Source of the DNA: a virus | Virus record (IMG/VR): IMGVR_UViG_3300023179_000019 | DNA length: 64,000 bases | Direction: 5' to 3' (one strand) | Shown: piece after piece, positions 1 through 11,110 of the stretch | Numbering within the stretch: the stretch's first letter is position 1 | How the letters are laid out: each line of letters opens with the position of its first letter | Position numbers and translations under genes: made by a program | Notes under the pieces: model-generated | Told to the model about the DNA's origin: nothing | Database searches by the model: none | Seen by the model: the letters and a program-made list of their open reading frames with translations, nothing else

Positions 1-1374
1 GGTTCAGGAGCAACTTTTGATCCCGTTTTAGATAGAGTTGGTACAGTAACATCAATCGTTGTTACGGATGCAGGCGAAGATTATATTTCTAATCCATCAG
101 TATCATTAAAAGTTATTGATACACTTGTTAACGGTGCAGATATTTTAAATCTTCCACAAAAAGGTTCAACAGTATATCAAGGTGCGGACATAAACACAGC
201 ATCTTTTTATGCATATGTTGATTCAATTTCACAAATCACTTCAACAGTTAACGTAAATCCTGCGTTGACAAAATATAGTTTGAGAGTATATGAATACAAT
301 TCAATACCTGTTGCTGGTTCGACTTTAAAATTTGTTGATTCAGATATTGAATTAAATCTTTTAGATGAAACTGTTTCTTCTGGTTTCTTCTATACAGGAA
401 GTCCTGCTTTCACAAACGGCGTGAAACTATATGGTGATGGAAACGCAAGAGCTGTTGCTTCGTTCTTGAATGGTTTGGTAATTGGCCAAGGCCAGTATTT
501 AAATTCACAAGGTCAACCAAGTTCATTCAACGTACTACAAAGTTCCATCTACAACAACTACACATACCAAATTACGGTTGAAAAAGAAATCGCAAAGTAC
601 AGAGAAGCTTTATTAAATCTTTTACATCCAACAGGTATGAGAATCATTGGTCGATACAAATTATCGGCCAACTCAGATTACAATAATGCATTACATTCAG
701 TTGTTTTGAATCGTGGTGATACATTATATCACTATACACAGACAAACAGTTCTAATGCTGTGATGTCTACAGATTTCTCAAATACAAGTACAAACTTAGT
801 AAAGTTTTATAATGTTGGTGCTGGTACAAATATTGCAAACTTTATATTGGCAAACAGTTCTATTTTCTTGGCACCAACAAATGGTCCAGATATAATTTCT
901 AAAGCTCAATTAGTGGACTATGCCAATAATCAGGTGTATCTATCAGAAAGTATATTTTTAACATATGCAAATGTTGCTCATGCAGTAGGATCCAATGGAT
1001 CAAGCACTATAAATATAACATCAGTTTATACAGATTCTTACAATATTGTTAACAATGGAGTTTATAGTAATACTGCATATCCGTTAAAAGATATTATATT
1101 TGCTGGTGATAAAATACTTGTAGCAAACAATACTGCCAAGACAGTACAGAGTATCGATTACACGACTGGAATTATTACACTAACTTCCAGTTTAACATCA
1201 AATGTAAACTCAAATGTTGCAGTAAGCAGAACGTTCTCAGCTGGAGGAAGTGCCGCAACCAGACAACAAGTTAGAATTTATGGTACTATTGGAACACAAT
1301 ATTATCCACAACTTGTAACTGAAAATGGTGATTCGTTAATAACAGAAGATGGAAATTTAATTCTTTTAGACTAG
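1..1374 (+). CDS. Baseplate wedge subunit (gp7-like), 5'-truncated by the window edge
   Basis: Frame is open from base 1 (GSGATFDPVLDRVG...). C-terminal YNNYTYQI...YREALLNLLHPTGM motif typical of T4-like wedge proteins; lies upstream of gp8. Confidence 0.65.
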   Translation, partial: GSGATFDPVLDRVGTVTSIVVTDAGEDYISNPSVSLKVIDTLVNGADILNLPQKGSTVYQGADINTASFYAYVDSISQITSTVNVNPALTKYSLRVYEYNSIPVAGSTLKFVDSDIELNLLDETVSSGFFYTGSPAFTNGVKLYGDGNARAVASFLNGLVIGQGQYLNSQGQPSSFNVLQSSIYNNYTYQITVEKEIAKYREALLNLLHPTGMRIIGRYKLSANSDYNNALHSVVLNRGDTLYHYTQTNSSNAVMSTDFSNTSTNLVKFYNVGAGTNIANFILANSSIFLAPTNGPDIISKAQLVDYANNQVYLSESIFLTYANVAHAVGSNGSSTINITSVYTDSYNIVNNGVYSNTAYPLKDIIFAGDKILVANNTAKTVQSIDYTTGIITLTSSLTSNVNSNVAVSRTFSAGGSAATRQQVRIYGTIGTQYYPQLVTENGDSLITEDGNLILLD

Positions 1375-1382
1375 GGTAATAA

Positions 1383-2495
1383 ATGTCAACAGTAAAAATA
1401 TCACAACTACCACTCATTACGGCATTAAATGCTAACACAGCCAATAGTTTGTTTATGGGTGTCGATATTCCAACAGGTGTTACCGGTAAATTTACCGCAC
1501 ATACGTTGGCGGCGAACCTTTACTCCAACGAAATATTAAATGTTGGTGTCAATCAACAGAACTTACCTAATACGATTGCACAATTTTCTTTGGGTGGCCA
1601 ATCATATATTCAGACCAACCTTGTTAATACTGATGATGGTGGTACGGCTGACATTGTTGTAACTGCAAACGTAGGTTCTGGTGGTACGGATGCAGCCAAC
1701 TTTATCGATATGGGTTATGCAAACAAGAACTATCAACCAGGTTCCGCGTTTAATAATATTGGTAATGCTGTTAATCCAAAAGATGGTTATCTTTATGTTC
1801 AAGGTACCGCAGGATCAAACGGTGGCAACTTAATTGTTGGTACAACTACATCGAATACAACATTAAAGTTTATTGTTGGTGGTGGTACAAGTGCAAATAT
1901 TGTTGCTTCGATGACTTCTAATAGTCTAGTGTTGAATACACAATCGTTTATTACTTTTGCTGATGGTACAAAACAAATTACGGCTGCAGCTTCTAATGCG
2001 TATTCACAGGCAGCTTTTGCGGCCGCAAATACTGCAGCGGCCAATATTTCTGTAATTCAAGGTGTAGCATATGGTAAAGAAAATGGATCTATTCTATATG
2101 CGAATAATAATTTAATTGTTGCTTCAAATACTGTAGTTATCAATGAGTCAGCAGGAACAGTTTATATTCCAAATGGACTACAAGCAAATACAAGAAGTTA
2201 CTCAGGAAATCAAACATCTGCAACATTGAACTTTTTGACCGACACATGGGTTCATGCAAATTTGACAGCAAACTTTGCCGTTACACTAGGAAACTTTACG
2301 CCTGGAAGTGAAATTCATTTGTGGATTACAAACGTTGGTGGTCCGGCAAGAACAATTACACATGGTTGTTCTGCACTCAATTCAACCGTGGGCGCAACAA
2401 CATTTAGTTTAGGTGGTGGAACATCAGCACGATTAAAATATTATTCTTTTGATGGTAACCTAGCAAACACTTATGTAACTGTTTCATATTCATAA
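1383..2495 (+). CDS. Virion structural/fibre-like protein
   Basis: MSTVKISQLP N-terminus common in phage structural proteins; N/T/G-rich; in baseplate cluster. Confidence 0.55.
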   Translation: MSTVKISQLPLITALNANTANSLFMGVDIPTGVTGKFTAHTLAANLYSNEILNVGVNQQNLPNTIAQFSLGGQSYIQTNLVNTDDGGTADIVVTANVGSGGTDAANFIDMGYANKNYQPGSAFNNIGNAVNPKDGYLYVQGTAGSNGGNLIVGTTTSNTTLKFIVGGGTSANIVASMTSNSLVLNTQSFITFADGTKQITAAASNAYSQAAFAAANTAAANISVIQGVAYGKENGSILYANNNLIVASNTVVINESAGTVYIPNGLQANTRSYSGNQTSATLNFLTDTWVHANLTANFAVTLGNFTPGSEIHLWITNVGGPARTITHGCSALNSTVGATTFSLGGGTSARLKYYSFDGNLANTYVTVSYS

Positions 2496-2505
2496 TAAAT
2501 AAATC

Positions 2506-3864
2506 ATGGCAAATAAACAACTATTAACGTACGGCGCAAAAGCAAAACAGGTAGAACAAGCCTATTTTGCACCAACGGCCGGAGTCATCTCAACATACAT
2601 GTTTTTGGCGAACGTTGATCCTTGGGATGACGATGCTAATCCGCCAGCACCAACACAAGACCAAGCTTCAATTAAAAAAATATTTAAAAAAATATTTGCA
2701 GCAAAACAAGTTACAGTTAATGACATTACACCTGTTATTCAAAGAATTGACTGGACATCTGGCGTCACATATGATTATTATGATGATACTGTTGATATGT
2801 TTGAAATTGATCAAAACGGATATTTCGTCAGATCATTTTACGTAAAGAATAAGTACGACCAAATTTTTAAATGTCTATGGAATAATAACGATTCACCATC
2901 AACCAGTGAACCTTTTTTTCAACCCGGCAACTATAGTCCTAATAATATCTATCAGGGTAATGATGGATATAAATGGAAATATATTTACACGGTTGAAATT
3001 GGTACAAAAGTAAAATTTATGGACTCTGATTGGTTACCAATACCAGTTGGAGATAAAACACCAAATCCACTAACTAGTGCTGCCGGCGTTGGTTGTATTG
3101 ATGTTATCAACGTAATAGATGGTGGTTCAGATTATGTTCCAGGAACTTCTCCTATTACTGTAACGATTACTGGTGATGGTTCTGGTGCAACAGCGCAGGT
3201 AGCTAACGTGACAAACGGTTCAATTACTGATATTACCGTTCTAACACCAGGAACAAATTATAGTTTTGCAAATGTTGCTATAACTTCCGCCAATGGTTCT
3301 GGAGTTATTGTAACTGCGCCTATTTCTCCTGTCTCTGGCCACGGCTACGATCCAATTTCTGAACTAGGTTGTGCTCACGTTATGTATTGTGTTGAGTTTA
3401 ATGGTCCAGAATATATTAACGGTGTTGTTAATGTTCCAACAGACATTACATATTATCAAGTGGGTTTAGTGATTGATCCAGTTTCAACTGAGACAAGTCC
3501 AAATCCTGCCAACGGAACAATTTACCGAACATCAACAGATTTAACTGTAGCTTCTGGTTTTGGAACATATCTTTCTGATGAGATTTTATATCAAGGAACT
3601 TCTTTAACCGCAGCAACTTTTAAAGGTACCGTATTAAGTCACGATACAGGAAACAACGTGATAAAGCTGATAAATACAGTAGGCACACTAACTTATAATG
3701 CACCGGTTTTTGGAAACACCACACAGACTGTGAGAACATTATTGACAAGTTCATCACCTTCATATGTTGTTTCTTCTGGTTACATAGCATACATAGAGAA
3801 TAGATCCGGTATACAAAGAAGTGATGATGGCATAGAACAATTTAAAATTATATTAGGTTTCTAA
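2506..3864 (+). CDS. gp8: Baseplate wedge subunit gp8
   Basis: RIDWTSGVTYDYYDD, IFKCLWNN, DGYKWKYIY and C-terminal YIENRSGIQRSDDGIEQFKIILGF motifs. Confidence 0.85.
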   Translation: MANKQLLTYGAKAKQVEQAYFAPTAGVISTYMFLANVDPWDDDANPPAPTQDQASIKKIFKKIFAAKQVTVNDITPVIQRIDWTSGVTYDYYDDTVDMFEIDQNGYFVRSFYVKNKYDQIFKCLWNNNDSPSTSEPFFQPGNYSPNNIYQGNDGYKWKYIYTVEIGTKVKFMDSDWLPIPVGDKTPNPLTSAAGVGCIDVINVIDGGSDYVPGTSPITVTITGDGSGATAQVANVTNGSITDITVLTPGTNYSFANVAITSANGSGVIVTAPISPVSGHGYDPISELGCAHVMYCVEFNGPEYINGVVNVPTDITYYQVGLVIDPVSTETSPNPANGTIYRTSTDLTVASGFGTYLSDEILYQGTSLTAATFKGTVLSHDTGNNVIKLINTVGTLTYNAPVFGNTTQTVRTLLTSSSPSYVVSSGYIAYIENRSGIQRSDDGIEQFKIILGF

Positions 3865-3873
3865 AGGAAAAAA

Positions 3874-6800
3874 ATGGCTCTGAATTTTAACGTAGACCCG
3901 TATTATGACGATTTTGATCCGTCTAAAAATTTCCATCGCATACTTTTCAAACCAGGTGCTGCTGTACAGGCTCGGGAATTAACTCAAGCTCAAACAATTT
4001 TACAAAATCAAATATCAAATTTTGCTGACAGTATTTTTTCTCAGAACACACCCGTCACTGGCGGTAAAGTAACAACGAATTTAAATTGTCATTACTTAAA
4101 ATTAAATCTACAATACAATAACGTCAACATTAGTGCCGCTTCTTTCTTGAATAAAATCATTCAAGATTCTACTGGCACAATTATCGCAAAAGTTATTGCA
4201 ACAGCTGAATCTACCGGTACTGTTACTGCTGCAGGTGATCCACCTACGTTAATTCTTTCTTACTTATCTGGCATACATTTTTCTGACAATATGTTGATTG
4301 TACCAACTGATGGTACAAATATTGGCGCAACAACTATTGGTATTACAGGCGGCACAACTTGTTCGGGTCTATCATCTGTTGCTTCCATTTCTGATGGTGT
4401 TTTCTATGTCGTAAATGGTTATTCTCAATCATCAACCGCAAATCAAGACGGTAGTTTCACAAAATATTCGGTTGGTAACTTTGTTGCTGTACAACCACAA
4501 ACAATTATTCTTTCTAAGTATGGAAACACACCATCTTATCGTGTAGGACTGTCCATAACAGAGACAATTGTAGATTACGTTAACGACTCATCACTATTGG
4601 ATCCAGCTATTGGAGCATCTAATTACCAAGCTCCTGGTGCAGATAGATATGCAATCATTCTTTCATTAATTGCTTTACCTTTATCTCTAGGTAGTGATGA
4701 TGCGTTTATTGAATTGTTGAGAATGGAAAATGGAGACATATTAAAACAAGTTGACAGTACTGTTTATTCCGTAATTGATGATTATTTTGCAAAACGTGAT
4801 TATGAAAGTAATGGTGACTACATTGTTAATGATTTCAAGTTAACTCCATCGGCAAATACGATCAATAGTGCAAAATATAATATGAGTATTGGTAAAGGTG
4901 TTGCATATGTACACGGTTACCGCATAGAGAATCAATCACCATTGACGATTGTTAGTGATAGAGCTCGTGCAACAAAAACGATTGACACAAATAATGTTTA
5001 TTTAGATTATGGAAATTATTTCTATGTCGATACATCCAATGGTTCTTTCGATATCACAACAATGCCTGTTGTGGACCTACATTGCGTAGAATCAATCAAC
5101 ATTTCTGCAAATAACAATACAGGTACGGCTAATGCAAACACATATACATCAACATTAGTTGGTACGGCTCGCATTAGAGACTTGCAATATGTGACTGATG
5201 GTGGCAGTTCAAATACAAAATCATATGTTTATCAATCATATGTTTCAGACATTTCAACCAGAACAATTTCTGGCGTAGCAAAAGTTTCCGGTTCTTCTGT
5301 GACAACTTTGGCTATTGATGACGGTAGTCGTGCAAACTTCTCCACATCAGCCAATGCATACTATGGAATGACAGTCACTATAACTAGCGGCACATCCGCA
5401 GGTGACATACGAACCATTTCTTCTTATAACGGAACAACAAAAGTAATTACTGTTACATCTCCGTTCACTTTTGTTCCTGATGCAACCACTCAATTCAAAT
5501 TAACTTTAACACCAAAGAGTGTTGAATCTATTGTTGTTAAAGACGGTTCTTATTCTTTTTCTGCAAACTCCAATATTAATACCATTTACGGTAAACAAAG
5601 TGCTGTAGTAACTGGCGACACCGTGTTGACAAATCCTGGATATCCAGAGATGGTTTTCACAATTGGCAATCCATATGTTGCGAATGTATCTAGTTCCAGT
5701 TACACATCAACAAAGATTTATCGTAACCAAGCGATTTCAAACACAGTACCATTAACCATATCCGCAACAGGAACATTTACTTTCATCGGTAATGGTGCAT
5801 TAAGTTCTGATGCAAAGAAACAAAACTTTATTGTTGTCAGCAAAACGACAGGTCAAATATTGGATTTCTCGACAACTGGTAATACAATTACTGTAACAAG
5901 TGGAACACAAGCAACGTTTTCGACCACGAAATGGAATGATACAGTTGATATTATTGCAAACATTAATATTCCATATGCAGATCATGCTACGGATGGTGGT
6001 CTGGTATTAAAATCTAAAAACTTAGTTACTGGTAATACGACAGCTGTTGGAACATTAACTGCTGTAACAGGTACATCAAATACAACAATTGATTTGACAA
6101 AAGGTCAAACATATATTACTAACGCAACAACTAGAAACCCACAAATTTCGTTGTATGTTTCAGATGTTAAGAAAATTAAAAAGATTATTGATACCGGCGC
6201 TCCAGGTACTGCACCAACAGCAGCAATGTTAACTGCTGCTCAATATGATGTAACAAATCAATATACATTAAACAATGGCCAAAAAGATAGTTTTTATGAT
6301 CACGCCTATTTGAAACCTTTGGTCGGTGCTGCAAAAGGTAACTTATTAGTAGTCTACGATTTCTATACACACGGTGGCGGCGATGGTTACTTTAGTGTGT
6401 TATCATATCAATCAACTGGTGGAGGTTTCTCAACATCACCAGAAACATATTCAGAAATTGGAAGTTACACAGCTTCGTCAGGTAAGACATATCGTTTAGC
6501 TGATTGTTTAGATTTTAGACCAGTTAGAACAAACGCAACAACAGCAACTACTTTCAACTATCAAAATTCTTCTGCTTCTAAAGGTATGTTGATACCACAG
6601 AACTTGACACAGTTCCAAAGTTCTTATTCATATTACCTTGGTAGAAAAGATATATTAGTATTGAGTAAAGACAAGAGTTTTGAAATTATTCAAGGCGTTC
6701 CTTCTTTAACTCCTGTTTTTCCAACACAACCAGAAGGTTCATTGTTATTAGCTAATCTAACACATGATCCATATACTGCTTATGTTCCAGGTGAAAATCC

Positions 6801-8697
6801 AGGAAGTATTGTTTCAAATTTATCGATTAATAAAGTTTCGCATAATCGTTGGGCTAAGAGCGATATTTCTAATTTGCAAACCCGTGTTAATAATTTAGAA
6901 TACTATACATCCCTAAGTGTGTTGGAACAAAGCGCACAGTCATTACAGGTACCAGATGCAAACGGTCTAAACAGATTTAAAAACGGTATTTTGGTTGATG
7001 ACTTTAGTTCATATGGTACTGTTGATTCCGCCAATCCTGATTTCTTGGCCAATATCAATATCAGAACAAGACAGTTGACACCAATGACCCCTGTAACGAA
7101 TTTCCAGTTACAGAACCCTCAAATTCTTGCAAGTTTGGGAACATTATCAAATACGAACACTTATGCAGTTTCAAGTATCAATGGTACAGGTACTAATATT
7201 TTTACTCTGCCATATACCAAAGCAAATGTTGTAACACAACCTTTAGCTTCATCCACAGTAAGTTTAAATCCTTTTAGTGTGAACATATTCCAAGGCGTTG
7301 CAGCATTAACTCCGCCAATGGACAACTGGGTTGACACATATAATGCACCTGCAATTTTGATTAACGATCCAAACTTGCAAGTCTATCAAACAAATGGTGG
7401 TGCTACTGCTCTTAATTCTGGAGACTTCGCTACTGTAGTAGGAACTCCTGCACCATCAAAAACAACAAACAGTTCTACTGGTATTGGTAATGGTGTTGAC
7501 ACATCAACATATGCAAATCAGATTACTTCATATAATCCTATTTCTGTTGCAATGCAAACCAACAATGGTTATTTGACCAATGCAACATTGTTACCGTATA
7601 TTAGAGCTCAAGAAATTGGTGTACGTGTTAAAGGTTTGTTAATTAATACTCCGATATCTGCATGGTTTGATGGTGTAAGTGTTGATCAATATATGACCTC
7701 ACCGGATACAGTAGAGTTAAAACAGGTCGGTGGAAAATTCCAAGAAGATGATGTTGTTGGTTTCTTTACAAACAACAATTTCTATCCGACTGCTCGTGTT
7801 ATGGGTGTTTATAACTATCCAGGAACATCTAACACACGACTATATCTGTCATCGGTTCCTGGTGCTCCAGCTTACACAAGTTCAACTGTGTTGCAAAGAG
7901 GCGATTTCGATGTAAACGGAAACTATATTACAACAAGTAACACTGCTTGGGGATATCTTGCTTCAGACACTTCTAGACAATCAATCAGTTTGGCTGGTCA
8001 AATCACCGGTGTCGGTGGCTTATATTTACCTAACTCATTCACTCCAATTCAGATTTATAAAACAAATTATCCAAACATTTGGAATGATTTCATGAATCAG
8101 TACGCCGTTTGGGGAGATTTGAATCGTTCAAGTACATTCACATACCAACCAAAATGGACACCTACAGTTTCGGGAACATACACGGTTATTGCATCTTCAA
8201 CCGGAACAAGTCATACTGTAACAGCAAATAATGTTTCACTTGGACTTGGTACACTAAATTACACAACAACAACTTCTGTAAATTACACAGTTGCTACTGC
8301 AAACGTTGGTAATCCAGTTTCAATTAACGTAGCTGTTACTGGTGGTGTGACCAATTCTTTCATACCAGGATTTGCAATGATCATCAAAGATCCAAATGGA
8401 TCAGTTGTTTTCAGAACAGACGCACCACCAAATGCAACTTATTCTGATGTAGCAGGAGAAGAAAATCTTCCTGAAGGTGGTACATATTTTACCGGCGTTA
8501 CAACTATTCAGTTAGATTCTAAAGCTTCTTCTGCAAACGGTTACTATGTTGGATCTCAAATAAGTATACAATCAAAATATGTATACAGTATTACACAACA
8601 AACCGCTACATATCATCCAGCACAATCATATAGATCACCAGACGGTGATAGCAGTTGGTATGCACCCGCATATGCGACATTTGAAACTAAAGCTTAA
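3874..8697 (+). CDS. Large virion structural protein (DUF4815/VrlC-like), N-terminal part
   Basis: NVDPYYDDFD...RILFKPG.AVQARELTQ.QTILQNQI, APGADRY and RFKNGILVDDF motifs. Confidence 0.8.
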   Translation: MALNFNVDPYYDDFDPSKNFHRILFKPGAAVQARELTQAQTILQNQISNFADSIFSQNTPVTGGKVTTNLNCHYLKLNLQYNNVNISAASFLNKIIQDSTGTIIAKVIATAESTGTVTAAGDPPTLILSYLSGIHFSDNMLIVPTDGTNIGATTIGITGGTTCSGLSSVASISDGVFYVVNGYSQSSTANQDGSFTKYSVGNFVAVQPQTIILSKYGNTPSYRVGLSITETIVDYVNDSSLLDPAIGASNYQAPGADRYAIILSLIALPLSLGSDDAFIELLRMENGDILKQVDSTVYSVIDDYFAKRDYESNGDYIVNDFKLTPSANTINSAKYNMSIGKGVAYVHGYRIENQSPLTIVSDRARATKTIDTNNVYLDYGNYFYVDTSNGSFDITTMPVVDLHCVESINISANNNTGTANANTYTSTLVGTARIRDLQYVTDGGSSNTKSYVYQSYVSDISTRTISGVAKVSGSSVTTLAIDDGSRANFSTSANAYYGMTVTITSGTSAGDIRTISSYNGTTKVITVTSPFTFVPDATTQFKLTLTPKSVESIVVKDGSYSFSANSNINTIYGKQSAVVTGDTVLTNPGYPEMVFTIGNPYVANVSSSSYTSTKIYRNQAISNTVPLTISATGTFTFIGNGALSSDAKKQNFIVVSKTTGQILDFSTTGNTITVTSGTQATFSTTKWNDTVDIIANINIPYADHATDGGLVLKSKNLVTGNTTAVGTLTAVTGTSNTTIDLTKGQTYITNATTRNPQISLYVSDVKKIKKIIDTGAPGTAPTAAMLTAAQYDVTNQYTLNNGQKDSFYDHAYLKPLVGAAKGNLLVVYDFYTHGGGDGYFSVLSYQSTGGGFSTSPETYSEIGSYTASSGKTYRLADCLDFRPVRTNATTATTFNYQNSSASKGMLIPQNLTQFQSSYSYYLGRKDILVLSKDKSFEIIQGVPSLTPVFPTQPEGSLLLANLTHDPYTAYVPGENPGSIVSNLSINKVSHNRWAKSDISNLQTRVNNLEYYTSLSVLEQSAQSLQVPDANGLNRFKNGILVDDFSSYGTVDSANPDFLANINIRTRQLTPMTPVTNFQLQNPQILASLGTLSNTNTYAVSSINGTGTNIFTLPYTKANVVTQPLASSTVSLNPFSVNIFQGVAALTPPMDNWVDTYNAPAILINDPNLQVYQTNGGATALNSGDFATVVGTPAPSKTTNSSTGIGNGVDTSTYANQITSYNPISVAMQTNNGYLTNATLLPYIRAQEIGVRVKGLLINTPISAWFDGVSVDQYMTSPDTVELKQVGGKFQEDDVVGFFTNNNFYPTARVMGVYNYPGTSNTRLYLSSVPGAPAYTSSTVLQRGDFDVNGNYITTSNTAWGYLASDTSRQSISLAGQITGVGGLYLPNSFTPIQIYKTNYPNIWNDFMNQYAVWGDLNRSSTFTYQPKWTPTVSGTYTVIASSTGTSHTVTANNVSLGLGTLNYTTTTSVNYTVATANVGNPVSINVAVTGGVTNSFIPGFAMIIKDPNGSVVFRTDAPPNATYSDVAGEENLPEGGTYFTGVTTIQLDSKASSANGYYVGSQISIQSKYVYSITQQTATYHPAQSYRSPDGDSSWYAPAYATFETKA

Positions 8698-8718
8698 TAG
8701 ATTAATTGGAAAAATAAA

Positions 8719-10878
8719 ATGTCTCTATCCTCAGCAATTTATAATTATACCGCAACAATAACTTCATACAATGGAGTGACTAAGGTCGCTACATTGAGCT
8801 CGCCCGTAGAAATTTCTTTAGGTTATAATAACAAATTAGGACAATTAACTTCTCAGTACACTTTGTCTGGTGATAATACAAGCGTTCTTGCTGCAATTAA
8901 AGACGGCACAAAACCACAACAATTATCTACCGATGAAAATGGAAGTTTTTATGGTATTTTAAATGTTCCACCAGGAATATTTAAAGTTGGTTCTAGAGTA
9001 TTTCGTGTTGATAACAGAACACTTGAAAATGATCCTTCAACCGCAACAACCTATGCTGAAGCAACATTCACAGCAGCTGGACTTTCTACGACATCACAAG
9101 CTTTACAGTTTAGTCCTTCTGTAGATTCTGCATCAAATAAATTTACTCCTACAACATATCAATCAAAACAACAAATTAGCACAATTGCAAGTTATACAAA
9201 TTTTGATCCTGTTGCACAGTCATTTATTATTTCTAAAGATAACTATCCAAATGGCGTCTATATTTTATCTGTAAAACTTTTCTTTAGAACAAAACCAACA
9301 ACAAATACACCAGTAGTTGTATCAATCGTTCCTACTTTGAATGGATATCCTAATGGTAATGCATTAGACTATTCAACAGTATCTTTGTATGCAGATCAAA
9401 TTCAAACAAGCACAGCACCACACTTTTTAGACGCATCAACATACACAGAATTTATGTTCAAAGCTCCTGTTTATATCAAACCAGGAGAAACTTATGCGGT
9501 ATTGATTCAGACCAGTTCACCAGATTATACTGTTTATTATGCACAGCAAAATTCTTCAGCTGTAGCTTCAACTGCAAGAGCTCTACCTACAGATGCAATA
9601 CCGTCTAACCCAACAAAAATTGGTGCAGTACCTAATAGTGGCGCTTTCTTTGAATCACAAAACGGAACAACTTGGACTGCTGATTTAACAAAAGATTTGA
9701 TGTTCGTTATCGATAGATGTGTTTTTGATACCTCATCATCACCTAGATTAGATTTCGTTGTTCCGCAAAGTTTGCCTAAGAGAAAATTGTTGGCAAGTGA
9801 TATTCAATACAAATTAGATCCAAGCCTAATCAATGGTATATACCGAAGTGCTGGTGGCGATCAAAGAATGGATGCTTTGAATGTTACCACCACAGATTTC
9901 ACACCAACTAGTACAACAATTAATTATGCATATACATCGACAGTAAGAGACGGAAATGTTTCTGATGGTCCAAACACAATCATTCCTGGAAAATTTGGTT
10001 CTCCAACACCAGATAATGTTCATTTGGATGATGGACTAGGTTCACGCATTTTATTAGCAAACTCAAACAATTCTTTTACACTATCAGCAACACTTTCATC
10101 TTCTGATTCTGCTGTAAGTCCTATCATTTCTGACGATGGATTAACATTATTTAATATCAGATATGCAATTAATAATATGGGACTTTCGAATCCTACAATT
10201 TCAGTTGCCAATACTGGAACAGGATACAACGCAAATGCCGTTTCCGTATCTGTAAGTTCACCAGATGTTGGTTCTGATATTGCGGTGTGTACAGCAAATG
10301 TACAAGGCGGAAACGTTGTTGCCGTGACTGTAACTTATGGTGGTTCGGGTTACTTAAAGACTCCAACAATTACAGTATCCGATGCAGCAACCCGTGGCGG
10401 TAATGCAAACTGTGTAGTAGTTGTTTCAGGTGAAACAAGTCCAGAAGGCGGTAACGCACTTGCAAAATACTTCACAAAGAAAGTTGTGTTGGCTGCAGGA
10501 CAAGATTCTGGTGATTTGCGTGTATATTACTCAGCATACAAACCAGTAGGTACAGAAGTTTACATTTATTACAAACTTTTAAGTAGTAATGATACACAAA
10601 AATTTGAAGAAGGCAATTGGCAATTGATGACCCAAGTTGGTCCACAAAATGTTTATTCTTCTAATAGAGATGATGTTATTGAATTTGAATGTGCTCCAGG
10701 AATTTATGGAAGTGGTGTAGCAAATAATATAATTTCCTATACAGGAATTAATGGTCAAACATATGATAATTTTATTCAATTTGCAATTAAACTTGTTATG
10801 GCAACAAATGATACAACTAAGATTCCTGTTATAGAAGATATTCGTGCGTTAGCTTTACCACCAGGAACAGGAATTTAA
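8719..10878 (+). CDS. Large virion structural protein, C-terminal part of the DUF4815/VrlC-like protein
   Basis: FDPVAQSF, KLFFRTKP, FFESQNGTTWT..DLMF and C-terminal FAIKLVM...P.IEDIRALAL motifs, which normally end the VrlC-like protein; same frame as the preceding ORF. Confidence 0.75.
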   Translation: MSLSSAIYNYTATITSYNGVTKVATLSSPVEISLGYNNKLGQLTSQYTLSGDNTSVLAAIKDGTKPQQLSTDENGSFYGILNVPPGIFKVGSRVFRVDNRTLENDPSTATTYAEATFTAAGLSTTSQALQFSPSVDSASNKFTPTTYQSKQQISTIASYTNFDPVAQSFIISKDNYPNGVYILSVKLFFRTKPTTNTPVVVSIVPTLNGYPNGNALDYSTVSLYADQIQTSTAPHFLDASTYTEFMFKAPVYIKPGETYAVLIQTSSPDYTVYYAQQNSSAVASTARALPTDAIPSNPTKIGAVPNSGAFFESQNGTTWTADLTKDLMFVIDRCVFDTSSSPRLDFVVPQSLPKRKLLASDIQYKLDPSLINGIYRSAGGDQRMDALNVTTTDFTPTSTTINYAYTSTVRDGNVSDGPNTIIPGKFGSPTPDNVHLDDGLGSRILLANSNNSFTLSATLSSSDSAVSPIISDDGLTLFNIRYAINNMGLSNPTISVANTGTGYNANAVSVSVSSPDVGSDIAVCTANVQGGNVVAVTVTYGGSGYLKTPTITVSDAATRGGNANCVVVVSGETSPEGGNALAKYFTKKVVLAAGQDSGDLRVYYSAYKPVGTEVYIYYKLLSSNDTQKFEEGNWQLMTQVGPQNVYSSNRDDVIEFECAPGIYGSGVANNIISYTGINGQTYDNFIQFAIKLVMATNDTTKIPVIEDIRALALPPGTGI

Positions 10879-10879
10879 A

Positions 10880-11110
10880 ATGGCTTTGGTGAAAGTTAAC
10901 AATAGCACTTTTGTTAGAGATACAGAGTCTAGGGTCTTATTGAACACGGATGAAAATGCAAAGAACGAATATCTATCCAAAGTCAAATTATTAAAGACTC
11001 AAAAAGAAGAAATAAATAATATTAAATCAGAAATAATAGCGGTAAAAGAAGATATGATAGAAATAAAACACCTGCTATTCAAATTAATAGAAAAAGGTTC
11101 CAATGGCTAA
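10880..11110 (+). CDS. Small coiled-coil hypothetical protein following the VrlC-like gene
   Basis: 76 aa; FVRDTESRVLLN...EINNIKSEI..IK.LL pattern; tight spacing with neighbours. Confidence 0.6.
   Translation: MALVKVNNSTFVRDTESRVLLNTDENAKNEYLSKVKLLKTQKEEINNIKSEIIAVKEDMIEIKHLLFKLIEKGSNG

Noticed and set aside
1008-1015. TATAAATA inside the gp7-like gene
   Set aside because: Intragenic in AT-rich DNA; it could be an internal late promoter but cannot be distinguished from chance.
8695-8700. Stop-codon reassignment explaining the split structural gene
   Set aside because: The break is TAA followed by TAG; TAG, TGA and TAA all end genes at expected positions elsewhere, and no suppressor tRNA is visible.
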